From positions 87,854,001-87,918,000 of the forward strand of contig CM060731.1 in assembly GCA_030704615.1 (NCBI GenBank): 64,000 bases of DNA, written 5' to 3'. Shown here one piece after another: positions 10,984 through 22,935 of this stretch. Under the pieces are notes generated by a model. It was given only the letters and a program-made list of their open reading frames with translations, searched no databases and was not told where the DNA came from. Each line of letters opens with the position of its first letter. The stretch's first letter is position 1. Made by a program: the position numbers and the translations under genes. This stretch comes from Takakia lepidozioides (lineage: Eukaryota; Plantae; Bryophyta).

Positions 10984-13900
10984 TTAATCTTGAAAATCAT
11001 CCGAATCCTCATCCTGTTCTAGACTGTCCTGCTCCGCTTCCACCCCCTCAGTGCCTTTCTCATCTCCAGCGGACTGCTCGTTGGCCAGGCTTTCGAAAAT
11101 CCCATCTTCCCCTTGCGGAACTGTCCATCTCACCTCCGTTGGGTCGTCTTCCTCCCTGTCTACGTCGCTCTCATCCGCTGAATCACATATGTACTTTCGT
11201 ACCCGTCTACGTGTCTGAGCTGCTGCCAACTCTTTCCTTATCCTTCTGTCCTCCCTAGCCCTCTCCAAAATCTGCTCTACTTTACTGGGATTCTCACTTC
11301 TTCTAATCGCTGTATTTGCGAGTTTAGCTGCATAACTAGGAAGGGAGTGAAGTCGGCCCTCGCAAAGAACGGGACATTCTTCCTGGCAGGAAGTGTAGGC
11401 CCTACATCTTTCGACCCGGACCCTGCAATCCTGCACATGACAATCATCAACGAGACTAATGAGAACCACAGTCCGGGAAATTCGTTTGACAAAAATGACC
11501 CAGAAGGCTTTGCAAACTTACAATGTTTGCACTCACTCGTATTCCGGGTTCTCCTCCGCATCAATGTCCACTGTGTCTTCCTCGGACTCCGACGAATCCG
11601 AGGAGACTTCCGCTCTGTTGGGAGCCTTAACATTCCGTTGCAGCCCTTCCAGATGGGATCCCCACACGGATGAATCCTCCTCGTAGGCAAAGAGGTGCCG
11701 GTCGGAAAACCGCCCAGCCCACATTGAGGCACCTGTTACAATGCCATCCACACATTACAACATGGCGCTTCAGATGTTGCGAACTACATCCTAACGAGAA
11801 TTTGCAGAACAACATAGATCAAGATTCTGCATACCTGTCCCACAGATGAGGTCCAGCACTGTGCCCTCCACATCTGTGCATGTCTCCATAATTGTCTGAA
11901 TGAAGGCAGGGCTCCGAGTCCGTGAGTACCGCAGGGGTTCCGTTGAAGTGAGGCTATGAGGGAGAAGTTCTTGGGAACGTTGTTGAATGAACGTCGTAAT
12001 CGAGGGGGTCGCAATTCGGGTCAACCTTTCCTCCCTCCTTCCGGAAAGCAAAGGTGGAGTTCTCCTTCACAAAGCAGTATGCATCGAACTGCTTCGTCTG
12101 CATACACAGGGGGAACGATTAGAAACCAATGCGGCACCGCATTTGAAAACACCCAAGCAAACGAATGGACGAGTGCCAGTGTCGTAATCACCTTCTTCCC
12201 TTCCGACCGAAGGCCCAGTGTGTTGATGCACGTCCACTTCTTTTTTCAGAATCGGGACGGCGCTCTTGCGGGTCCACTTCGCAATTCCTGTCTGAGTGTT
12301 TTTTCCTCTGCTCGCCAGGACAACCACACAGCCTCTGTCGTCCAACACCATGCGGGCAAGCCCGAATCCTTTCTTCCAAAAGTCCTCCGAGTACCTGTTC
12401 CAAGATGGCAAAGCTTGTAGTCCTTCCACAGGCTCTCCGTCCGGAATATCCAAGATGATCATATCGCAAGACCACTCGGTGGCATTTCCGCCCCTCCTAC
12501 AATCCTTGTCTGCACACACCCTCTCAAAGAACGAGACCATATTCTGAAATCTGGGGTGTCGGAAGGCTCTTCGGCAGTCGCCTTCTTCAGTGCTCTGCCC
12601 TTCAGACCCTCCATGGTCTTCATGTATGCCAACTTGGCTGCCCATCCATCCAAAGCCGCCAAGAAACTCTCATTTACACACTGGACTACTGTTTCGGGAG
12701 CCACTTTCGGCCTCTTCATTTCCACCGGCTCGAAAGGGTGCCCCCCTGGGGGGTTGAAGAGTGCCCTCTTTGCCAAGCCAGTTCTCGTGCCTCTCGTGAC
12801 AACGGTGGGCACAGGGGAGGCAGCCTGCGTTTGGGGGGTGGGTGGTTGCAAAGTCTCCATCGGAGTCCTCTTCCTCACCCTCTTCCTGAACAGGCTGTTT
12901 CTACTTCTTCGTTTTGGCGGGTGTCACAACAGCTGCTCCTTGCTGGCGAGTCCTCTTCTTCGACCCCTTCTGTTGGGCCTGCACAGCTGCATCCACCGTT
13001 TTTGTGCCATCTCAGCTGCCTTTCTGGATTCTTCCAGAGCAGCAGATTCCTTTGCCGACTTTGGCCCAATAGGGACACGTCTTTCCTTTCTCTTCTCTTC
13101 TGCCAAGGCGTGCAGATCTTTCTCAGACTCGTCAACAAAACCGCCAGACATATCCAAGTACCAGGGGCATCCAACGAGATGCGCGGGATGCCATTGTTTC
13201 TGCATCTCGGGTGTGTAGACACAGCTTGGGCCCGCCACGGTCCAAGCCATGAAGAACGGGGGCTCTTGAGCCAGGGCCCCTATCTGAAGGAGCACGTATT
13301 TCATATACCTGCAAGGCAGTCAGCATGCGTGAGCATAAGAATTGACGAACCTACTCGCAGAGTGCCACCGAAAACATAAAATGCGAATGCGGTGCCGCAT
13401 TTCCGAGACAAACCTCGTAACCAGGCTTCGCATACAAGGGCAGCTGTGCTTCACCTGTAAACAATTCGCATTGTAGCTTTCCCCGCTCCCTCCTGATGTG
13501 TAAACTCCACGCTCCTTCTTGCTGTCTGTAGCTCTCTGGCGAAAAGGTTGTCCTTGTACGCACATCTGAAACGTGTCACGTAGTCTTCCAATGTCTGTGT
13601 TCCATCCCATTTGACGTACAAGCCGAACGAATTTGTGTGCATTACGACTTGCTCCTTCGCATTCGACATTACCTGCGATTCCCAAATGCATTGTCACGTA
13701 GCAGTTCAGGGAATTCATTTCAGAAAAGCAAATCTGGGGAAGTACCTTGAATTACCTGGAACCACCAAGTCATGCGGTTGAGCCACACATCCACTGCAGG
13801 GTCGGAAACTTCGAGTGGAAAAGACCACATTGTCCTTATGCTCTCGGATGCATTCCAGATCGACAGCCACCGTGTCTGCCATTTCCGATCCAATGTCAGG

Positions 13901-15883
13901 AGCTGGAAGAGAGTGGCTATTGCTAGGAAGGAACTTCAGTGCATTGAAACCTCACCTTCTCTTTTGCCTCAACACATGTCGTTGAGAGGTGATGCAGTTT
14001 CTCCAATTGCATGGTCGGCTGCATGGCCCGAGAATAGTGTTTTGCAATCTCGGGGATGAAGTCCTTTCCAAGTGCCGGATCTGCAATTGCCACCAGCTTC
14101 ACAAGCTTTGACTTGTATTTGGTTCTGGACTTGACACCGGCTTCCTTCAAGTGCTCAGTCAATGACTGCAACGTTTTGACCTGCCCCTCACTTTCCATGA
14201 AGAAGCGTTTGGCATGGGCCAAATCCAGCTTGATGTTTGACTGCCAACAAAAACATGCAGAAGCGTTACATTCGATTCATGCGGAAAGATTACTGGAAAT
14301 TTCAATCTAAAGGATGAGCAGAGGGAAATTGGAGGACGACTTACTTCGTATATCACCTCCACCATTCCATCCATAGTGAGACGATACCATGTCCGGTCAG
14401 TTTTTGCAACGGCTTTCTGAATGAGCTCGGGCTCCAGCATTTCCGTGAACATGTGCGGATCAGTGAGACCAGTTTTCCTCACCCTGTACAGCATATGTGC
14501 CATGTGGGTATGCACGTACGCATTTTCAGTGACCCTGCAAGGCACACTCTCCAGTTCAGTCCACGAAAGCACGGAAACAAAACAGATGGAAACCGAAATG
14601 CGGCACCGCATTTCGAACGTGCTTGGGAGGGTATGAGTATCTTACGAGTTGAGGTCCGCCATGGCATTCTTGAGCAAGGAGGAGTCTGCCGCCTTCACCT
14701 TGAGGATGACACACTCCACCATGTAATGCCAGCCAATGTGCTTGGCATGGTTCTGCTTGATGTACTCCCACTAGGCGAGAAGTCGGTGATTCCTGTCCCA
14801 CACAAAGAACATTTTACCCGACATATGGCCGAAGTCTGGATCACCCTTCAGCGTCGCCTCGAATTCGTTGTTGCGAGTGTGCCAGTGGGTATCCCACGTT
14901 GACAATTGATCGGCAGTGGGTCCACGAGTTTCGCCGTCCTCATTCTCAATGGAAACGTAAAACGCTGCCGATCCCAGACGGTACCCTTCTCGAAATGCGA
15001 ACTTGAGCTTATCCACATCTCCGGGAAGGGCCTGCCTGACGATGGGAAGGGAGACCATGCGACAGAGTGGGATTCGAAGAGTCCGCTGGAATACCCTACT
15101 GCCCAGAACTCTGCCAATGCTACTGTGTGTCTCCTCCAACATTTTATCCGCTGCACTTTTGAAATCCTCCGGAGACATGTCTGTAGGTGCCGGTAGTGGC
15201 TGAGCAGCTGGAGCATCCTCAACTGGAGCTGCACTCTGGGGCCTGTCTGCGGGCAATTCTGCCATTGCAGAGGCCTCCTCCGGGCCTGCTTGCTCATCGG
15301 TGGTGAGGTCTTGCTGCGAACGTTGAGCGGCAGCACCCTCCTCCGGTACCAAATCGACAGAAACGGTCGATCCCATTGCCTTCGCTGCAGCAGAGTCGGC
15401 CCCAACATCTGCATGCGGGAAATCCTCCAGGAACTGAGCTTCAGCTCGTGGAAGCGGTTTTGCGGGAGATTGTTCGGCCGTCGCCCTGATTGCCTTCTGC
15501 TTCCTCATCCTTGCAGGTGAAGGTGTCTGCTGCAATTGAATCTGTCTTTTACCCTGCTGCTTCATTCACGTTGGTGGGGGTGAAACGGCCTGAGCCGGTT
15601 CAGAAACCAGTAGAGGGACGGGCTGCTTCTTCTTCGACTTTGCTGGAGAAGGGCCCGACCCCTGCTGGCGATTCTCCATGACCGAAGAACGCGAGTCGAT
15701 CTCTGGGGCTTTGAACTTGCCCTTCGAAGCCGCGTCTTTGAAACGCACAGGGCTAGGCCCGGCAGGAATACCCGCGCTCGGGGATCGGGTGGGTGTACGT
15801 GCTGCAGCTAGCTCCTCGGACTCTTCTGCGGCTCTTCGGATTCCTGCGATCCCTCCAGCACGTCCACCTTTCCTGTTAGGCAT
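10984..15883 (-). pseudogene. Multi-exon gene: ParB/Srx-like domain fused to a beta-class DNA amino-methyltransferase (N6_N4_Mtase)-like domain (copy B)
   Basis: ParB-like RIPLCRM..VRQA..DVDKLK..FFVWD(R)NHRLLA (~14775-15090). Methyltransferase motif IV-like DMIILDIPDG (12436-12465) precedes RSPAFIQTIMETCTDVEGTVLDLICGTG|ASMWAGRFSDRHLFAYEED. GT-AG introns at 14535-14645, 14241-14344, 13673-13755, 13309-13454, 12098-12191, 11733-11834, 11431-11536. Stops at 15566 and 14771, plus frameshifts. Confidence 0.8.
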
Positions 15884-16514
15884 GCAAACATGTTCTGCAT
15901 TCAAGTCTCCTAGCATTCAGTCTAAGAATTACAGAAGCAAAATGGGGGGTTCGGTGCTCGATCAGCTGCGCGCAGCCCGATCGCATGGAGCTCTCACTGG
16001 TGGCTGGGTTGCCTGAGTGGCCTGCTGCTCGGAGATGGCAATCTCCTCCTGTAGACGCATCTGCTTCCTCCCCTTCGGCATTGGCCTACGTCCGAAGTAT
16101 AATTTTCGGAGCTTGCGACGAGGTCTCCTGTCTGGTGCACGAACTCCCCCCCTCTCAGGTTCGAGCATAAGAAGAACAGAGACAGGGAAAAGGGGCAAAG
16201 AGTGCAGATGGAAAGGGCGCGAGAGGGGTGACTGAGGAGACACGACAAAAGTAGATGAAACGGCGGTGATGCACCACTTGGGTTCGAAAGGGTTGGACGA
16301 AAGTGTCTCCTCGTGGACTTTGCGTCATTACGAAATTCGAATCGTTCAGGGTACGCCTGCCGTCCAAAAACAAACATCATTATCCAACGGTCAGGCCGCG
16401 CCGCCTCATGCCACTTCAGTCAGATAGAGTGCAGACATGTGCCGCAATTCCGTTGCTCCACGTGTTCACATTTCAAGGCATTTCCGTCCCAGCGTCTGAT
16501 GAGTTGGAGTGAAA

Positions 16515-18300
16515 ATGCGAATGCGGCGCCGCATTTCCGTTAAGTACCATCACGAAGCTACACATCCGTACTTGTTGGAAGAAAATGCGGCACCGCATTT
16601 CCGTTCCACCTTCACATACCTTAGTTGTTGAACGGAAATACGGTGCCGCATTTCCGTCCCACAGCTCCATGTATGAGATACAAAAGGGAAATGCGGCGCC
16701 GCATTTCCGTTCTGGAATGTCGAAAGGTGCGATTCGGACGGAAATGCGGCACAACATTTCAATTCTCGTGGTTCATGATTTTCAATGTGAACGGAAATAC
16801 GGTACCGCATTTCCGTTCCCCCTTCACATACTTAGTTGTTGAATGGAAATAGGGTGCCGCATTTCCGTCCCACAGCTCCATATGTGAGATACAAAAGGGA
16901 AATGCGGCGCCGCATTTCCGTTCTGGAATGTCGAAAGGTGCGATTCCGACGGAAATGCGGCACCACATTTCAGTTCCCGTGGTTCATGATTTTCAATCTG
17001 AATCGAAATACGGTACCGCATTTCCGTTCCCCCTTCACATACCTTAGCTGATGAACGGAAATGCCGTGCCACATTTCCGTTCGGGAAAGTATAGAGGTCT
17101 CACCTGAACAGAAATGCGGTGCCGCATTTCCGGTCTGGAAAGTTTGAAGGTGTCACATGGATGGAAATGCGGCACCACATTTCCGTCCCAAAGCTCCAGG
17201 CCTCATATACAAAACGGAAATGCGGCGCCGCATTTCCGTTCTAGAATGTCGGAAGGTGCGACTCGGACGGAAATGCGGTGCCGCATTTCTGTTCCCGTTG
17301 TTCACGATTTTCAGTCAGAACGGAAATGCGGTAGCGCATTTCCGTAGAGTATTAAGGTCTGACCCTGTCGGAAATGTGGTGCCGCATTTTCATTCCACAA
17401 CTCCATGCCTCACATACAAAACGGAAATGCGGCGCCGCATTTCCGTTTTGGAATGTCGGAAGGTGCGACTCCGACGGAAATGCGGTACCGCATTTCAGTT
17501 CCGATGTTTCACGATTTTTCATCAGAACGGAAATGCGGTGCCGCATTTGCGTTCTGGGAGGTGCAACTCCGATGGAAATGCGCTACCGCATTTCAGTTCC
17601 GATGGTTCATGATTTTCAGTCAGAACGGAAATGCGGTACCGCATTTCCGTTCTGGATAGTATGAATGTCTCAAGCGGTCGGAATTGCACTCGGCTCCATG
17701 CATCAGATACAAAATGGAAATGCGGCGCAGCATTTCCGTTCTGGAATGTCGGAAAGTGCGACTCGGACGGAAATGCGGTGCCGCATTTCTGTTCCCGTTG
17801 TTCATAATTCTCAATCAGAACGGAAATGCGGTACCGCATTTCCGTTCCACCTTCTCATACCGTGCTTGCTGGATGGAAATGCGTTACCGCATTTCCGTTC
17901 TGGAGAGTGTTAAGGTCTCACCCGGGCGGAAATGCGGTGCCGCATTTCCGTTCTGGAATATCGGAAAGTGCGACTCGGACGGGAATGCGGTGCCGCATTT
18001 CTGTTCCCTTTGTTCATGATTCTCAATCAGAACGGAAATGCGGTACCGCATTTCCGTTCCACCTTCACATACCGTGCTTGCTGGTTGGAAATGCGTTACC
18101 GCATTTCCGTACCACCTTCACATACCGTGCTTGCTGGATGGTCCGTACCACCTTCACATACCGTGCTTGCTGGATGGAAATGCGTTACCGCATTTCCGTT
18201 CTGGAGAGTATAAAGGTTTCCCCGGACGGAAACTCGGTGCCGCATTTCCGTCGCTCTGGTGCATGACCAAGATGCAATACGGAAATGCGGCGCCGTATTG
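16515..18300. repeat. 53-bp-period array of type-B palindromes (about 33 copies) with ~211-bp higher-order duplication
   Basis: Cores at 16525, 16589, 16642, 16695, 16748, 16801, 16853, 16906, 16959, 17012 ... 18236, 18289. 16590-16800 is repeated at 16801-17011. Confidence 0.97.
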
Positions 18301-18719
18301 CCGTCCACCAACAATCGAAAGAATCACTCGGGACGGGAAATCTGGAACCTGAATGGGTTGCATTGTTCCGAAACAAGACAATTGCGGCCAGTCTTGATGA
18401 GCACAACTTGGTTGTCTGACCGTTTTAACTAACAGTACTGGCACTTGTCAGTGCGAACGTTCCTGTCTGCACCGAGAATACTGCTGGATCCACCCTCAGG
18501 AGAAACTGTCAGGAGATGTTATTTCGTCGTCGAATCGGCCATCATTGTCATACTTACTGGCTATGGAATCACACCTCCCACCTTCATGCATGTAGCTTGA
18601 AACAATACTTTCCACTTCAATGTGCGACTTCCAATCGTCGATGGACTCCGCATGGTGCCTGTGAGCCTTGGTCTGTCGCTATACTGAACCTCGCAATTGC
18701 CAACTTCGTGCGGTCTTCG

Positions 18720-21700
18720 ATGGCTCCGAATTCCTACGCTATAGTTTGCTGTCCTCCGCAACTTGGGAGAGCATGGATCCCAAACGAGGGAGGACTTTGC
18801 AGAGTGACTGAAACTTACCTTTGTTCCAAATTCAAGCTCAAACCGGGCACAGTTTATTTGGAAGAAGAAAGGAAGGATGTTCCTGGACAGGTTGACGAGA
18901 CCATTGTCATGCTAGGTAACGACGGAGGTTGCGGAATCGAATGGCACGTACCCCCATCAGACACCATCCTGTACCAAGCTGTGGGAATGCCCATTCCCTT
19001 TCTGAATCAGTCGCTGCCCACACCATCCACAAAGGAGTCCGGAAACCGACAGGCGGCCACTGCCAACAGAGAGGTATGCAACGATAATCATTCCCGACCT
19101 GGACCGTCAAGACCCTCCATAGCTTCTCGTGTGGACGTATTCGACATTTCCGACGAGGAAGATGATTGCATTGAGGTACCCATGTCCTCCACACAGTCGT
19201 TCAAATCTGGCATGGACGTCTCTGTAGGTGCTACGCATGTGCCCTCGAGCATAACTCCAACCCGGTCCATTGTGCAGCTCCTACGACAACATCACCTCGA
19301 TGGTTCTCGCTCCGAGCTGGCTGCTCTCGACTATGCCAAATTCCCAGTCAGAAAGGTAACGTTTCTGCCTCCCGAAGTCGATGGCAATGTCATCTTCGAG
19401 TTTCCACCTGTTTCTTCGTCAAACAAAGCCTCCGGGATGTTAACAGACATGGATCGAAAGCATGACGGACACCCCTGGTGTGTGACGAAGACCAGTAGCA
19501 CGAAAATTGCTGATGGTGTTCGTGTACGATATGTCCTGTGTGCGGGGAAGTTGAGGTGCCTCAATCCCACCTGCTTCCACTTTCTCTCCAAAGGAGGGCG
19601 GAGAAACGAGACGGATTGGACTGGCACAACGCATCATCCATTCATTGTCTCCAGCCAAGCTCCTGGGGGTTCTTTCAAGTGTGCACATTGCAAAGAACCA
19701 CCGACGTGCATGTCCATGTGCAGAGCCAAGCAATATTACGTAATCCATTTGCTCCCGGACTTGACTAGAGCTTGCATACACGTTGGGGTCCACTGCCACC
19801 CCTTGGCGAGAGGCAACATGCGTGAGGCTGTCAGGAAGCACACGACATCATAAAAGAGGAGGTGAAATTGAGCCCCGGAGCCAGACCAAAGCAGATTCAG
19901 CTGAAGGCAGCCCACAAGATTGCTCTTGGCAAAATCATGTCTGAAGATGGTTCCGACCGAGAGCCCTTGACCGAAGACGAGATGCGTGACCTCTTGGAGT
20001 CCGTCTCGCACGTTTGTAGTCCGAATGTACGGAATCACATCGTATCTTGCAAGCAGGAGTTCGGCAGGGGGTCGGACATGTACTCAATCCTGGAGGTGAA
20101 ACGAATGACTGGATATGACTACATCCAAGGTAGCAGGTTTCCAGGGCAAGGCAGCGAATCCGATCGTTGTTACATTTTCAAAATGTCGACGTGTGGGCCT
20201 GGGAGTGGAGTCGACTTGGTCACTCGCATGACAACTAGAAACTTGTCGAATGCTTGGGTGATGTTTGATCATATCAAGCAAATTACAACCCATCAGTGGG
20301 TCACTATGGGTGCGCATGTTTATGACTATCACTCCAAGAGGCTCATGACGATTGCAATCTGCGAGATGAAAGGGAGGACACACAGTCCGAGATGCATCTG
20401 TGGGAGGGCATAAACGAGCAGATGGCAAGGGCGGGATTGCCAGAGCCCAATTTCAGGGGATTCATGGCAGACAACGCTCAGGCCAACTGGGCAGCGGTGC
20501 GGCGTGTGTACGGTGAGGACCCCAATGTTCCAATGGAGGGGAAAGAGAGATCCTGTGGATTCCATTGGATGCAGAGTCTATCCCACTACACTACCAAATT
20601 TGTTGCTAGCTCATTCCAGGCTGAACACCGTGTCCTTTGTACGGCGTGGAAGGATGCACCCACATTTGATGACGCGGAGGTTAAGTTTGCTATCATCAAG
20701 GCTTGGTGGAACACGTCAGGTGCAGTGGAGACAACCAATCTGGGAGCATTGCACAGCTGGTTGGGGTGGTGGCATTTTCGGTATCGACAGTTCGGACAGT
20801 ACATGCGGGAGGTAGGCTGCTGTCATTTTCGTTCATTTGTCTTCCTGTTACGGACATTCTGCACCGCAGAGGTGAACACCTAGAGGGGGACGTCTGGACT
20901 CGCCCTGTGAGGCGGAGGATTGAAGAGGAACCCGGGTGCGAAGAGGATTCCTGGAGATCAGACAGGAACATTCGGACAACACCTCGAGGTCCCGTCATGT
21001 TGCCGCACAATGTGTCTTCCAGCAGTGGAAGCCCAAGAAATTCCAGATCGCCAACGCCTTCAACTGGGGATTTCGTGCGAGATATTCCCACCGCTCCCTT
21101 GCCCTAGATTCCGCCCGCTGTTATGCAGTATGGCCAAGCCATTGTGGAGACGACTGTGTCTGCATCACAGTGGAGAATTGCTCGCACAAAGCCGTCGTTT
21201 TGAGGAAGGTGTTCCGCAATTTGTGTGGATACACGGCAACGTTGTTTAGAGATGATAAGGAGGAATCCAGATGGGGCTGTCCCTGCTCCTACTTTTACAG
21301 GAAGATTTGTCCATGCAAAGTTTGCGGAGGCGACAACCACCCAGTTCTGGTTCTGCAGGCACGACATTATGACTTGCGTGTATGGAAAGCCCAAGTACGG
21401 CATACAAACAATGCCAGAGGCTCCCCCGGTGTGGCCGGTGGAACCAGGCTGCGATCTGAGTCAGGTTGAGGCCGACGCCCTTACCGCCGCAGGATTTCGG
21501 ATGGTGCAGCGCACTGACGTCCCCAGACAACCATTTCCGCTTCCACAGCCTCCACCACCGACCCCTGTGAGAGCAAGAACAATGGGACATGACAGCTCTA
21601 AGTATCCTACACACCGTTGGGGGAAACCAAAGAGGCGGCGACCTCCCTCAAAAGTGAACGAGACAAGGATGGGGAATGCACTTCGGATGAACTGTACAAT

Positions 21701-22001
21701 CCAGAGCTCGACAGAAGTGCCCCCACCAGGATTCGGGCGTGTGTATCAGATGGCCACGGCAGGCTCAGCTGTTCGCAATGAGGTGTACACTATCACCATT
21801 TCAGAATTACCCACCTGCAATTGCACCGACTTCCAGATCATGGCGAACAAGGGGGCATCATACTGCCCTTGCAAGCATTTGTACTACGTGTACCTAAAGA
21901 GACTCTGTTGTAATTCCACAACTCATCACTTCATACATGCACCAGGGTTGAGCCCCCAGGAGGTTTACACTCTTCTGAATATGGATCCAGGGGACCAGTG
22001 A
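18720..22001 (+). pseudogene. GCM-MULE-SWIM transposase (copy B), lacking the exon with the catalytic Glu
   Basis: DRKHDGHPWC..CAGKLRCLNPTC..CAHC..HVGVHCHP; WVMFDH; FMADNAQANW; SCGFH; SWIM CNCTDF..PCKHLYY. After the donor at 20812 the TTNxAESxH segment present in copy A is deleted. Frameshifts and stops. Confidence 0.88.
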
Positions 22002-22935
22002 GCTTGGCTTGCGGTCCCAATACAATGGTACGCCCATCCTTTTCGGATAGTAGAACTGTACTGCTGCCAGTACCTCAGACTCTGGCCATAGAAAGGTCTG
22101 ACATATGTCTTGCCTACCAGTAACCTGTTTTGCTCGAACTAAGATATTACTATATCGTTCACTTGTTTCCACGTGCATGTATTTTTGTATGTTGGAGGGT
22201 TCATGTTTTTCTGCTTTCCGAAAACTTGCTTTCCTCATTCGACCTCCGACAAGGAAATGCGGCGCCGCATTTCCAAGTTTTCACCTTGTACCACCCAGAA
22301 CGAATGTCCTTATAGTGGAACTTATCAACCCCGGCTATTCCCACCACTTCCGCCTTTGCTGCGGCTGTCTTTGACCGCTTGTCATTGGGGTTCAGGAGAA
22401 ACACGAGATCTAATATCTGCAGACACCAACATCAACTGCCACTCAGCAACAAACATAGCAATGGCAGGGTGAAAGTCAAGCGCACGTGGGCATGGAAACG
22501 ATCTTGGTTGCCACGATACTGAATCAACAGCAAATCGGGTGTTTCTTCGTACCTTGAAGCGAGGCTCGTCGCTGAGGGTGGCAACCGAGGAAAGCTGCCC
22601 ACGTGTCTTCAATTGCAGCAACAAAAAGAGGTTTAGTCAGACGGATAAGAATAACATGAACTATGGTTGCTACAATGGTATAAACACACCTCCACGGAGC
22701 AAGCTAACAAACACCCTGCTTAGACCCTGCAAACTACAACTTCCTGGCAAAAATAACCCTACTAAAAACCAGGCAAAAGCAAGGAGCCATGAATGCATGC
22801 CTGGGGAACCACGTCCTGCTGTGATGATGATGCCGGGGACAGCCCACTCCTCTTGCTCACCTGCAATGAACACACAATGCAACGCTTCAGGAAGTATATC
22901 CATAAAGGAAACCAGCCAAGCAAGTTTGTGGAGAG

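Larger units (their letters stand above)
9259..22280. mobile_element. Composite MULE-like element B (X', ParB-methyltransferase, transposase, type-B palindrome arrays); termini not resolved
   Basis: The same palindrome GAAATGCGGNNCCGCATTTC occurs from ~10050 to 22274, across all three genes. Confidence 0.55.

Noticed and set aside
12556-13379. 220-aa and 213-aa plus-strand ORFs
   Set aside because: Antisense shadows of the minus-strand ParB-methyltransferase exons
10984-15883. Bacterial/phage contamination or prophage (ParB + methyltransferase)
   Set aside because: The gene has multiple GT-AG introns, two of them shared with the second copy, and is embedded among plant TEs
16473-18444. Many overlapping short ORFs (GNAAPHF/EMRCRIS/KCGAAF), also at 2055-3358 and 9989-11022
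   Set aside because: They are translations of the palindromic repeat in all six frames
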